The notes under the pieces are model-generated. The model saw nothing but the letters and a program-made list of their open reading frames with translations. It was not told the DNA's origin and searched no databases. A stretch of DNA of 61,886 bases, filler included, from Chiloscyllium plagiosum (lineage: Eukaryota): NCBI RefSeq assembly GCF_004010195.1. It is 6 parts of one record of this genome, joined end to end, with 100 filler letters (N's around TTAATTAATTAA, not from the genome) between each part and the next. Parts side by side here need not be neighbours in the genome. Positions count along the whole stretch, not along the records: positions 33,320 to 40,801 come from NC_057711.1; positions 40,902 to 46,900 come from NC_057711.1; positions 47,001 to 55,970 come from NC_057711.1; 3 more parts are not named here. The stretch is one strand, 5' to 3'. Made by a program: the position numbers and the translations under genes. This document shows positions 38,110-50,464 of this stretch, piece by piece. The first letter of the stretch is position 1; every line of letters starts with the position of its first letter.

Positions 38110-40092
38110 TGGATTAGTGGTGCTGGAAGAGCACAGCAGTTCAGGCAGCATCCAAGGAGCTTCGAAATCGACGTTTCGGGCANNNNNNNNNNNNNNNNNN
38201 NNNNNNNNNNNNNNNNNNNNNNNNNNNNNNNNNNNNNNNNNNNNNNNNNNNNNNNNNNNNNNNNNNNNNNNNNNNNNNNNNNNNNNNNNNNNNNNNNNNN
38301 NNNNNNNNNNNNNNNNNNNNNNNNNNNNNNNNNNNNNNNNNNNNNNNNNNNNNNNNNNNNNNNNNNNNNNNNNNNNNNNNNNNNNNNNNNNNNNNNNNNN
38401 NNNNNNNNNNNNNNNNNNNNNNNNNNNNNNNNNNNNNNNNNNNNNNNNNNNNNNNNNNNNNNNNNNNNNNNNNNNNNNNNNNNNNNNNNNNNNNNNNNNN
38501 NNNNNNNNNNNNNNNNNNNNNNNNNNNNNNNNNNNNNNNNNNNNNNNNNNNNNNNNNNNNNNNNNNNNNNNNNNNNNNNNNNNNNNNNNNNNNNNNNNNN
38601 NNNNNNNNNNNNNNNNNNNNNNNNNNNNNNNNNNNNNNNNNNNNNNNNNNNNNNNNNNNNNNNNNNNNNNNNNNNNNNNNNNNNNNNNNNNNNNNNNNNN
38701 NNNNNNNNNNNNNNNNNNNNNNNNNNNNNNNNNNNNNNNNNNNNNNNNNNNNNNNNNNNNNNNNNNNNNNNNNNNNNNNNNNNNNNNNNNNNNNNNNNNN
38801 NNNNNNNNNNNNNNNNNNNNNNNNNNNNNNNNNNNNNNNNNNNNNNNNNNNNNNNNNNNNNNNNNNNNNNNNNNNNNNNNNNNNNNNNNNNNNNNNNNNN
38901 NNNNNNNNNNNNNNNNNNNNNNNNNNNNNNNNNNNNNNNNNNNNNNNNNNNNNNNNNNNNNNNNNNNNNNNNNNNNNNNNNNNNNNNNNNNNNNNNNNNN
39001 NNNNNNNNNNNNNNNNNNNNNNNNNNNNNNNNNNNNNNNNNNNNNNNNNNNNNNNNNNNNNNNNNNNNNNNNNNNNNNNNNNNNNNNNNNNTAGCTTATC
39101 TCTCCACGCTTCAGGCTCTCTGCCTTTATTCCTGATGAAGGGCTTTTGCCCGAAACGTCGATTTCGAAGCTCCTCGGATGCTGCCTGAATTCCAGGTAAA
39201 TTTAAGGTCAGGGTGGAATGTGTTGGTGAAGTTGATGAATTGCTCAACCTCCTCGCGGGAGCATGAGGTGGCGCCAATGCAGTCATCAATGTAGTGGAGG
39301 AAGAGGTGGGGAATGGTGCCGTTATAATTACGGAAGATCAACTGCTCTACGTAGCCAACAAAGAGACAGGCATAGCTGGGGCCCATACGTGTGCCCATGG
39401 CTACCCCTTTGGTCTGGAGGAAGTGGGAGGATTCAAAGGAGAAATTGTTAAGGGTGAGGACCAGTTCGGCCAAACGAATGAGAGTGTCGGTGGAAGGGTA
39501 CTGTTGCGGACGTCTGGAGAGGAAAAAACGGAGGGCTTGGAGGCCCTGGTCATGGCGGATGGAGGTGTAGAGGGATTGAATACCCATGGTGAAGATGAGG
39601 CGTTGGGTCCGGGGAAACGGAAGTCTTTGGAGGAGGTGGAGGGCGTGGGTGGTGTCTCGAACGTATGTGGGGAGTTCCTGGACTAGGGGGGATAGGACAG
39701 TGACGAGGTAGGTAGAGATGAGTTCAGTAGTCTGTACTGTAGTCTGTACTGTTAGGCCTGTTCGGGCCCGAACTCTGCTGGTTTAATGCTGGTCCGGAGT
39801 CCATGTGGGATGAGTTGGTTACGGAGGCAGGCACTGAGGAAGCAAATGAGGCCCAGGACCTTGAGGGAAGCAAATGTGGCTGTGGTAGCGAGTTTGTTTC
39901 ACGACACGGTTGAAGAGCTTCAGGGCAGAGGAAATGACCTGGGAGTTGCAGTGGGAGAGGGACTCCCTGAGATTCTTGTAGAGAGAGGAGGAAAACTTCT
40001 TCAAGGCAGGCATCCTTGCAAGAGGATTCGCAGTCGGGTTAAAATCAACAAGGTAAAAATAATGACTGCAGATGCTGGAAACCAGATTCTGG
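38110..40092 (-). mobile_element. Penelope-like element: inverted pLTR arms around a gap, then N-terminus and RT (internally deleted)
   Basis: ORF 39126-39587(-) SLYTSIRH...QTKGVAMGTRMGPSYACLFVG...YIDDCIG is a PLE RT. An N-terminal region lies at about 39800-40050, directly after the pLTR tail (40052-40092). Confidence 0.9.
39128..39163 (+). ncRNA. Minimal hammerhead ribozyme, core intact
   Basis: ATTC-CTGATGA-A-GGGC-TTTT-GCCC-GAAAC-GTC-GATT. Confidence 0.8.
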
Positions 40093-40225
40093 AATACGAT
40101 GTGGCCCGCTCCAATCGAAAAGATGAAAGACTCAGCAGCAATTTCGGTTTGTTCAAAATATCGTTTTTGTTGCATGACACTGAGATCGTTTTCTGTCAAT
40201 TCTGTGTCTTATGATCCTGTTCCAC

Positions 40226-40310
40226 AGAAGGAGCAGTGCTCTGAAAGCTAGTACTTCCTAATATACCTGTTGGACTATAACCTGATGTTGTGTGCTTTGT
40301 AACTTTGTTC
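40226..40310 (+). mobile_element. PLE terminal fragment (GGAG-stem family, CUGA core lost)
   Basis: GAAGGAGCAGTGCTCTGAAAGCTAGTACTTCC...CCTGTTGGACTATAACC matches 35862-35946. Confidence 0.7.
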
Positions 40311-40901
40311 ATCAAGAATAGTTTCTGTAAACCCCCAGCGCCACAGCCACCTGCAGCCGGGATGATAGTTATCACCAAAACGTCAGAGAGAGACCCCACT
40401 GGGCCCTTGTTCTATTCTGTGCGATTCTATGATATTGTGAGAATTGTGATCACCCACAGATCACCCAGGAACCTGGGAAACACTCACCTTGGTGTTGGAT
40501 AAGAGTTGCCTGAGTGATCACGTGTTTTGTAAGGAGGGGGAAATTAGACCTGATCAATCACCACACGGTCTTTGTATGGGATCATCTGCCTGGACTGCAC
40601 ACGGAACAACACGTTTCCACTGTCGGAGCAAATTCCTGCAGATGCTGGGACCTGGACTGGAAACAACAAATCCTGGTCAGACAGCATCCATGGAGAGAGA
40701 GCAAGGGAACGGTATGAGTCTACATGAGGCAACTTAGATACATGTGACAATAATAAATCAAATCGAGCTTGCATCTCACGCACGCACACACACACACACA
40801 CNNNNNNNNNNNNNNNNNNNNNNNNNNNNNNNNNNNNNNNNNNNNTTAATTAATTAANNNNNNNNNNNNNNNNNNNNNNNNNNNNNNNNNNNNNNNNNNN
40901 N

Positions 40902-42335
40902 TCCTTGCGTTGAAGTATACACACTTGAACCCATCTCTCTGTCCGCAAGTATTCCTTGTCAGTGCTACCTTCTCCACAGCCTCCCTACAGTCTTGGGCAT
41001 CCTGACAAACAGCTAACCTACTTGCTGGACTACAAGTCCGGATCCCATCCCCCTGCCAAATTAGTTTAAACCTCCCCGAAGAGTGCTAGCAAACCTACCT
41101 CCCAGGATATTGGTGCCCTTCTGGTTCAGGTGCAATCTGTTCTGCTTGTACAGGTCCCACCTTCCCCAGAATGCAGTCCAATTGTCCAAATACCTGAAGC
41201 TCTCCCTCCTACACCATCCTTGCAGCCATGTGTTCAACTGCACTCTCTCCCTATTCCTTGCCTCACTGTCACGTGGCACTGGCAACAACCCAGAGGTGAC
41301 GACTCTGTCTGTCCTAGCTTTTAGCTTCCAGCCTAACTCCTTGAGCTCCTGAATGACCTCCCCACCCCTCTTCCTACCTATCTCATTGGTGCCATGTGCA
41401 CCATGAGCTCCTGAATGACCTCCCCACCCCTCTTCCTACCTATCTCATTGGTGCCAATGTGCACCACGACTTCTGGCTGCGCACCCTCTCCCTTAAGGAT
41501 TCTGAAGACACAGTCCGAGATGTCTCGGACCCTGGCACCCAGGAGGCAACAAACCATCCGTGAGTCTCGCCCATGTCCACAGAACCGCCTGTCTGTCCCT
41601 CTAACTATAGAGTCTCCTATAACTAGCGCTCTCCACCTCTCCCCCTTTCCCTTCTGGGCCTCAGAGCCGGATCTCGTGCCAGAGACCCGGTCACTGCAGC
41701 TTACCCCTGCTAGGACGTTCTCCCCCAACAGTATCCAAAGCGGTATACTTACTGTTGAGGGGAACGATCACAGGGGATCCCTGCACTGCCTGCTTCCTCC
41801 CCTTCCCACCTCTAACTGTTACCCAGCTACCTCTGTTCTCTAGCGTAACTATGTCCCCATAGCTTCTATCTATCACCCTCTCAAATAATCCTCAGTTCAT
41901 CCAACTCCAGCTCCAGTTCCCTAACGCGGTCTGTGAGGAGCTGGAGCTGGCTGTGTTTCCTGCAGGTGAAGTCGGCAGGAGCGTCGGTAGTCACCCCTAC
42001 CTCAAACATCCTGCAGGAGGAACATTCCACTGCCTGCGCTGCCATTACTCTACACTTAGTGTCCAAAACAAGAATACTAAGTAGCTTACCTGTTCAGCTG
42101 ACTAAGTCCTTTTTTTTAGGTTAGAGGAGGAGGGAGGGTGGGAGACACTACACATGTATAGTCTCGGGTTCCTTCTCCACTCAAACTTCTTACCTTCCCA
42201 GAAGCCTCTGTTGACGATTTCCGGGTTCCTGCTCCTAGTTGAAAAAAAACCACAGACTGCGAAAAGAATAACGTTAATTTAAACTGGTCTCCGCTTACCT
42301 TCCGGCTCCCCTCTCTGTGCGCCCGCTGTAGCACT
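40902..42335 (-). mobile_element. CR1 LINE 5' end: 5'UTR + ORF1 (zinc finger/leucine zipper + SGNH esterase)
   Basis: CSSCRMFEV..FTCRKH.QLQLLTDRVRELELELDEL; ALVIGDSIVRG; VVVHIGTNEI; DLYKQNRLHLN. Includes a ~61-bp tandem duplication at about 41344-41465. Confidence 0.9.
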
Positions 42336-42339
42336 CTTA

Positions 42340-44860
42340 ATACCCTTAATAATTTTATATGTTTCTATACTTCTATACATTTCTCATTCTTCTAAATTCC
42401 AATGAGTATAGTCCTAGTCTGTTCAATCTCTTCCCCATAAGCCAACCCTCTCAACTCTGGAATGTAGTAAACCTCCTTTGTACACTCTCCAGTGCCAGTA
42501 CATCCTTTCTCAAGAGACTAAAACTGTACACACTACTCCAGATGTGGCCTCATCAGCACTTTATACAACTGCAGCAAAATCTTGTTATTTTTGAACTCCA
42601 TCAGTCTAGCAATGAAAGACAATATTCCATTTGCCTTCTTAATTATCTACTGCACTTGCAAACCAGCTTTTTGTGATTCATGCACAATGACAGCCAAGTC
42701 ATTTTGCACAGCATCATGCTGCAATTTTACACCATTTAAAGAGTAGTCCATTTTACTGTTATTCCTCCCAAATGGATGACCTCACATTTAGCAACATTGT
42801 ACTCCATCTGCCAGATTCTTGTCCACTCACTTAATCTATCAACATCCCTCTGCAGACTTCCTGTGTCTTCTGCACAATTTGCTCTACTCATCTCAGTGTC
42901 ATCTGTGAACTTTTACACATTACATTTGGTCCTGAACTCCAGCTCATCTATGCAAATTGTAAACAACTGTGGTCCCAACACTGATCCCTGAGGCACATCA
43001 CTAGTCACCAATTGCCAACCAGAAAAAGACCCATTTATCTTATCTCTTTGTTTTCTATTACTAAATCAATCTTCTATCCATGTTAATACATTACTTGTAA
43101 TGTCATGCACCTTTACCTTATGAAACAGCCTTTTGTGTGGCACCTTGCCTTCTGGAAATCCAGATGCTGGAATCCTGTTGGTGTATCATTGTCCAGCGTG
43201 CTCATAATGTCCTCAAATAATTCTAGTAAATTAGTTAAACATAATCTGTCTTTCTTAAACATATGCTACAAATCTGCCCGATGGGACATTTCCGTCAAAA
43301 GTCTCACTATCTCTTCCTTGATTATAGATTCAAGCATTTTCCCCACTACAGAAGTTAAGCTAATGAGTCTATGGTTGCCCATCTTTTGTCTATCTCCTTT
43401 TATAAATAGTAGCACCACATTTGCTGCTTTCCAATCTGCCAGAACTGCTCCAGAGTCCAGTGAATTTCGGTAAATATACCACGAATGTATTTACTATTTC
43501 CCCCACCATAAGTTTTAGTACCCTGTGATGCATTCCAGTAGGGCCAGGAGACTTGTCTACCTTAAGCTTCATTGGTTTACCCAACACTATCTCTTTAATG
43601 AAACTGATCATTTCTAGGTCCTCACCTGTCAAAGCCTCCTTGTCATTAATTATAGGCATGTTATTTGTTTTATTTCACTGTGAAGACTTACAAAAAAAAC
43701 CTGTTCAATGCCTTGTCCATTTCCTCATTTTCCATTATTAAATCCCCCATCTCATCTTCTAAAAGACCAACATTTACCCTAGTCACTCTTTTTTGTTTTA
43801 TATATTTGCAGAAATGTTTGTTATCTGGTTTTATATTCTGAGCTAGTTTACTCTCATTATACAAATTACATTTCTCTATTTTTTCATGGCTTTCTGTTGA
43901 CCTTTAAAGATTTCTTAATGCCCCAGTTTCCCAATAAGCTTTATATGCATTTGATTTCAATTTGATACCCTCCTCTATTTCCTCAATTATCTATGCCCGA
44001 TGGTCTCTTACCTATAGTCCTTCCATTTCACTGGCAAATACTTTGGCTGAGCACAGTGCTTTGAAAGCACTGAAAGTCTTTGAAAGTCCTCCATTATTCC
44101 TCAATTGTGCCACCATTGTCTTTGCCCCCAGTTTACCTGAACCAACTTCTCCCTCATCCCATTGTAGTCTCCTTTGTTTAAGCTTAAGACACTGGTATTG
44201 GATTTTACCTTCTTACCCTCCATCCGTATTTGAAATTCAACCATACTGTTAACACTCCTTCTGAGAGGATCTCTTGCTGTGAGATCATTAATTGTTCCTG
44301 TCTCATTCCAGAGGACTAGATCTAGGATAGCTTGCTCCCTCATGGGTTGCATTATATACTGTTTAAGGAGGAGAAATTGAGGACTGCAGATGCTGGAGAT
44401 CAGAGTCAAAAGTGTGGTGCTGGAAAAGCACAGCAGATCGGGCAATTAGAGGAATTCCTGATGACTGGTTTATGCTCGAAACATTGATTCTCCTGCTCCT
44501 CGGATGCTGCCTGACCTGCTGTGCTTATCCAGCACCGCACTCTCAATACTGTTTAAGGAAACGATTGTGGATACATTCTATGAACTCCTCCTCAAGGCTG
44601 TCTTGATCAACTTGGTTTGACCAATCAATACGCACATTAAAATTCTCCATGATAATTACTGTACCATTTTTATATGCACCAGTTATTTCTTTGTTTTATG
44701 CCCCCTCCTTTGACTAGGTCTATCAGTGATGTTTTCCTGTAATATTTCTAATTTCCACGCATGTTGATTCAAAGTTTTTCCCTACAGAGCCGATACCATT
44801 TATTTTCTACCACCATATGTCATCCTTAAATATCAGAGTAACACTACCTTCCTTTCCTTT
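42340..44860 (-). mobile_element. CR1 LINE ORF2 remnant
   Basis: REQAILDLVL, KLKVDKSPGPTGMHHRVLK and QGSVLGPQLFTI motifs on the minus strand; disrupted. Confidence 0.85.
44370..44545. mobile_element. Miniature PLE fold-back unit, decayed
   Basis: 14-bp TSD ATACTGTTTAAGGA at 44356-44369 and 44546-44559. Decayed hammerhead CTGATGA..CGAAACATT at about 44458-44485. Confidence 0.85.
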
Positions 44861-45041
44861 TGGTTTGAAATAAATATTGACCCAGCCAACAAAGCTCAAA
44901 ACCCAAAAACTAACTTAAAACTAAATTTAAAAGGCTCTTAAGACACTTCTCACCTGGCACCTCCTGACAAGTTCCAAACACGCCAGCTTTCGGCAAAATA
45001 AACAAAGAAGTGCAGATCCTGGAAATTAGAAACACAAACAT

Positions 45042-45077
45042 GTTCTGAAGAAGGATCACTGGACCTGAGACGTTAAC
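45042..45077 (+). ncRNA. Hammerhead motif of a further PLE family (degenerate)
   Basis: GTT-CTGAAGA-A-GGATC-ACTG-GACCT-GAGAC-GTT-AAC. Stem I GUU/AAC; GAAA mutated. Lies within a PLE terminus at about 44995-45180. Confidence 0.55.
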
Positions 45078-45326
45078 TCTGCTTTCTCTCCACAGATGCT
45101 GTGTGTCCTGCTGACTTCTTCCAGCAAGTTCTACTTGTGTTTATTGTAACTCTTGGTCTGATTTCTGATTTTCAGTATTCCTCCATTAGCTCACTCTTCC
45201 AAGGTGAGATGCCAACTCAAACAGTGATGTGGCCAAAACCTTCATGTAATAGTTACGCTTCCAAAACGGAATGTTCACGAAGATGAGTTACGCCAAGACT
45301 GTTTAGCTATATTTTGTCAAGATTTA

Positions 45327-45665
45327 GGGCGGCATGGTGGCTCAGTGCTTAACACTGCTGTCTCACAATGCCAGGATCCTAGGCTCAGTTCCAGATTTGG
45401 GTGACTGTATGTATAGCATTTGCACGTTCTCCCTAAGCCTGCATGGGTGCCAAGTATTCTGGTTTCTTTTCCACAATCCAAAGATGTGCAGGTTAGGTCG
45501 ATTGGCCATGTTAAATTGCCCTGTAGTGTCCAGGGATGTGTAGGATAGGTGGATTAGCCATGGTAAATGTGCGGTTACAGGGATGGGGGGTGGGATGCCT
45601 TGAGAGTTGGTGCCGATGCAATGGGATAAATGGCTTCTTTCTGCAGTGTAGGGATTATATGAGAT
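45327..45665 (+). mobile_element. HE1-related V-SINE
   Basis: GGGCGGCATGGTGGCTCAGTG head, V-domain CCAAAGATGTGCAGGTTAGG, and a CR1-like tail. Confidence 0.8.
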
Positions 45666-45741
45666 TCCCTCAGAGCAAGGAAGAAAATTAGAGGAACAAA
45701 TGGAAAAGGGAGGAAAATTAAACACAGGAAATTATTTATAG

Positions 45742-46483
45742 TGCGAGTAGACCCCAGGCAAGGTTCCCCACTTTGGTACAGTTTCAGACAGAATACCCAA
45801 CTTGTAGTCTCCCATATGAGGAGAGATGAACTGACTCCCCTACATTATTTACCCACCCCCTTAGTTGGTTGCAACAAAGTTGATTTATAGAGGATCCCTT
45901 CCTTTGTGGATATCTTTTAACTGACCCAAAAAACTTTTATTTTTAAAAGGAGATAATTTAACCAGACTTTCATGAATTATCAAAATGAATAAGGTTGCTG
46001 TACATAAGAAGAAATACTAACACAACCCACATAAGCACAGTTATATATAAGAGGTAAGTCCAAAAAAAAAGTAAAAAAAAGTTTCACAGACAAATCTTTG
46101 ACTTGGTCATGAAAAGCAGATAAGATGATATTGTGTTCATTACTGGGTTCTACCTGTAACATTGTCACTGGCAGTAGAACAGACAATTTTTAAGATTCTT
46201 GTTTTATAGCTCCTTGTCCTGGTTTCTTTCTTAAACTAGTTTGCACCTCTCAGAGAGAGAAGGATGTTACCTGCAACACAGATAATTGTGACCTTCACAG
46301 TTTACTAATACTTAAAGCCATATGTGCAAAACCCACTCGACCTCTTCAGTGGAGTTGAAATTGCATTTTAATGCCTGTCCTTGAGTATTCTTCAAAAGGA
46401 AAAACAGAATATTTGTCTGCAGTTTGGGACATAAAGTGCTATTGAGCAGGAAGGCGCTAGCCCCTGTGGTCATTGTAGTCACA
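45742..46483. mobile_element. Possible solo LTR
   Basis: TG...GTCACA ends, with candidate 4-bp TSD ATAG/AGAG and LTR-like interior. Confidence 0.4.
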
Positions 46484-46666
46484 AGAGATCACAATCAAAC
46501 CTCTTTGAAGTTTCTTTCACACCTGTAGGTGTTACATTCCAGTAGAGGTTTTTTCTTACACACCTGCAATTATTGTCTCTGCAGCAGTTCACTTTTAGAA
46601 AACACATTTTGGACTTGCACGAAAAAAAGCTAGAAATTGGTGTCTGGCCAGTGTCATACATATATT

Positions 46667-47697
46667 ACATAGAACATAAAACATAGAAAAATACAGCGCA
46701 GTACAGGCCCTTTGGCCCTCGATGTTGCGCCGATCCAAGCCCACCTAACCTACACTAGCCCACCATCCTCCATATGCCTATCCAATGCCCGTTTAAATGC
46801 CCATAAAGAGGGAGAGTCCACCACTGCTAGTGGCAAGGCATACCATGAACTCACGACTCGCTGAGTAAAGAACCTACCCCTAACATCTGTCCTATACCTA
46901 NNNNNNNNNNNNNNNNNNNNNNNNNNNNNNNNNNNNNNNNNNNNTTAATTAATTAANNNNNNNNNNNNNNNNNNNNNNNNNNNNNNNNNNNNNNNNNNNN
47001 CCCCTATCTCTCTCCATAACCAAGGTGAAAGTCACAGAATTGTGGTCACCATCACCAAATGTTCACCCACTAACAAGCCCATCACTTGTCCCGGTTCATT
47101 ACCGAGTACCAAATCCAAAATGGCCTCCCCCCTGGTCGGACAATCTACATACTGTGTTAGAAAAGCTTCCTGGACACACTGCACAAACACCGCCCTGGTT
47201 GGACAATCTACATACTGAGTTAGAAAAGCTTCCTGGACACACTGCGCAAACACTGCCCCATCCAGTCGACTTGATCTAAAGAGCTTCCAATCAATATTTG
47301 GGAAGTTGAAATCGCCCATGACTACTACCCTGCTTCTGCACCTTTCCAAAATCTGTTTCCCAATCTGTTTCTCCACATCTCTGCTGCTATTGGGGGGCCT
47401 ATAGTAAACACCCAACAAGGTTACTGCACCTTTCCTATTCCTGACTTCAGCCCATACTACCTCCAAAGGCAGATCCCCCTCGAACTGCCTTTCTGCAGCC
47501 GTTATACCATTTCTAATTAGCAACGCCACCCCGCTCCTTTTTTACCACCCCCCCTAATCTTACTGAAACATCTGTAACCAGGAACCTCCAACAACCATTC
47601 CTGTCCCTCTTCTATCCACGTTTCTGTGATGGCCACAACATCGTAGTCCCAGGTACCGATCCACGCCTTAAGTTCACCCACCTTATTTCTGATACTC
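46667..47697 (-). mobile_element. Young CR1 LINE (tail, spacer, endonuclease)
   Basis: Tail (ACATAGA)n. ORF 47032-47529 GVYYRPPNSS..MGDFNFPNIDW, with an internal ~63-bp tandem duplication at about 47130-47255. Confidence 0.85.
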
Positions 47698-47704
47698 CGT
47701 CTCA

Positions 47705-48188
47705 GATCATAAGACCCTACAACCGCCAGTGAGGACAGCTGAGAAGATCATCAGGGTCTTTTTCCCTCCATTATCGACATTTATATCACACGCTGCATCT
47801 GAAAGGCTAAGACCCCACACACCCCTCACTCAAACTCTTCTCCCTCCTGCCATCTGGTAGAAGATACTGCAGCATGCAGTCTCTCACGGCCAGACTGCGC
47901 AATGGTTTCATCCCCAAGCTGTCAGGCTTCATAATACAGTATAATCAGACTCTTCTCCATCTGAAATTCTTTGCATGACGCTGAATTGCTGCTACAAAAA
48001 TGTCTATTATTTATCATTCATATATTACATTGTAACTTGCATGTTTTGTACTTTTTGCACTTTAAGCATTATACTATTGTGTAGTCTGTGCAGTCCATGT
48101 AGCACCCTCGATACTGGAGGAATGCTATTTTGTTTTTACTGTATCTGTTGTATATGGTAGAAATGACAAATAAAAAGCTACTCTACTA
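47705..48188 (+). mobile_element. Rex1/Babar-type LINE 3' end
   Basis: DPTHPSLKLFSLLPSGRRYCSMQSLTARLRNGFIP C-terminal motif; 3'UTR ending AATAAAAAGCTACTCTACT. Confidence 0.75.
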
Positions 48189-48424
48189 ATTCAGGAAATT
48201 ATAAACAGATCATGACAAGAATAGACATAGAGTACAAATCCACCAGTAAACCAACAAATAAAACTAGAGGATATGCAAAGAAGAGAATGGATAAACCTTA
48301 TCGTTCTATAGCTGAATGCACATAGAATTTGAAACAAATTAGATGAACTGAGAATGGAAATAGAAATGAAGAAGTCTGATCTGGATTACAGAGATAAAAC
48401 TGCACCTTACACTGCTTGGGACCT

Positions 48425-49310
48425 GAAACAAAGAACAAAGGACAATACAGCACAGGAACAAGCCCTTCATTCAACCCACCAAGATTACAGTGACATATGA
48501 TGCCTTTCTAAACTAAAAACCTTTTGCTCTATGCACTCCATAACCCGCTGTTCCCTGTCCTTTCATATACAATATTTGTCAAGTTGCCTTTTAAATATTG
48601 CTGTTGCATCCACCTCCATCACCTCCTATGGCAATATATTCCAGGTACTTGCCAAGCTCTACATAAAACCTTGACTCTCACATCTCCTTTAGACTTAGCA
48701 TCTTTTAACTTTAACCTATGCTCCCTAGTAACTGACATTTCTACCCTGGGAAAAAGACTCTGACTATCCATTTTATCCATACCTCTCATAACTTTGTAAG
48801 CTTCTAGAAGGTCAACCCCTCATCATGGACATTCAAGTGAAAACAAATCAAATTTGTCTAACCTCTCCTCATTGCTAATACTCTCCAAACTAGGCAGCAT
48901 CCTGCAAAGTGGTTTCTGAAATCTCTTCAAAGCCGCAACATGCTTTGTTAGTGTGTGACCAGAACTGTTCACAATATTCCAAATGTGGTCGATCTAAGAT
49001 TTTATACAATTGCAACACGACTTGTCAATTGTTATATTCTATGTCCTGAATGATGCCATATGCTTTCTTCAGCACCTATCCACTTGTATTGCCACTTACT
49101 GGGAACTGTGGTCTTGTATGCCTAGAGCCCTCTGCATGTTGATTCTACTAAGGGTTCTGTTATTTTCGTATACTTCCCTCCTGCATTACATCACCTCGCA
49201 TTTGTCCAATTAAATTCATCAGCCATTTCTCTGCCCTTGATTCTAGACTATCTATATCCTGCTGTATTTTCTGGAGATCCTTCTCACTATCAGCAGCTTC
49301 CCCAATCTCT
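48425..49310 (-). mobile_element. CR1 LINE 3' part, decayed
   Basis: Tail (AACAAAG)n ACAATACAGCACAGGAACAAGCCCTTC followed by RT C-terminal sequence. Confidence 0.75.
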
Positions 49311-49387
49311 GAGTTTAAAGAGGAGTCTGTGTCCCTCATTTAGCAGCACAAATTGATCTTTTTCAGAGCTCCTTTACCACAGGTGTG

Positions 49388-49875
49388 CAAAGTCAAAAAT
49401 CACACGACACCAAGTTATAGCCCAACAGCTGAAAATGTGTTGCTGGAAAAGCGCAGCAGGTCAGGCAGCATCCAGGGAACAGGAGAATCGATGTTTCAGG
49501 CATAAGCCCTTCTTCAGGAATCTGGAATATAGCCCAACAGGTTTATTTGAAATGCAAGCTTTCGAAGCCCCCGTTCCTTTCTCAGGCAACAAGTGAAAGA
49601 GAATATTAATCAATCAAAACCTGCACCTCCATTCTAACTGATTCAGACTTAATAGCCATTTAGGTTTTTTCAATACATTTGCATATGTTTTGTGACCCTT
49701 TGATCTTTTACTATAAATTCTGTGTCCGATGTATTGTCTCTCACCAGCTGCCTGAGGAAAGAGCAGGAGCTCCAAAAGCTTGCAGTTTCAAATAAATCTT
49801 TTGAACTATAACCCGGTGTCATGTGATTTTTGACTTTGTCCATCCACATCAAACAGTAGCACCTCCACATTATGG
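49388..49875. mobile_element. Fold-back unit of the GGAG-stem PLE family containing a nested arm of the GGGC-stem family (49429-49527)
   Basis: Plus hammerhead TGC-CTGAGGA...AAAAG-CTT-GCA at 49749-49784, and a minus copy at about 49553-49589. The nested arm has a 13-bp TSD TATAGCCCAACAG at 49416-49428 and 49528-49540. Confidence 0.8.
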
Positions 49876-50464
49876 TGTGGGAGATGCTAGAGATCGCTCC
49901 AAATCTGGCTTTCCCATGGTGCCCAGTTGTACTCTTAAACACAGCTCAGATCAGAAGAGAGGTCTATAGGACACTCCCCTTCTTCAATAAAGTACAGAAT
50001 ATTCATACATTCCATGTTACAGTGGTTACATGCAACATTAACATCAATGCTTGCCACATTCCTCTCGGACCTACACATCCAATCCTGTGAATATACAATC
50101 AGTGACGGGCATCCCACTAGACAGCCCTGAGTTCTCCCACAATCTCACAATGTCCCATACGTCTTTATCACTATCTTTGGGATCTTGCAATGCATCTCAT
50201 TAATTTACATTTCAATCCATGCAGTTATTACAGGCATTACAAAAATATGCTCATTCCTACTAATTGCTACAAAATTCATAACGTCTGTTCTAATATAAAG
50301 TTGGTTTCACATATATATAAGTGGTTATACCTAATGTTAAAATTCTTTAGCCAATGAGTTGTGAGCAGCTTATTTTTCATTTGACCTTGGAATGTCAAAC
50401 AAACACTGCCCTTTGTTTCCAATTATAATTGCTTCTTCAAAGTTCTTGAGTCAATTCGTAGCTC

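Noticed and set aside
46535..46630. Possible minus-strand exon
   Set aside because: Two frames have stops and the third is not phase-compatible with the upstream candidates.
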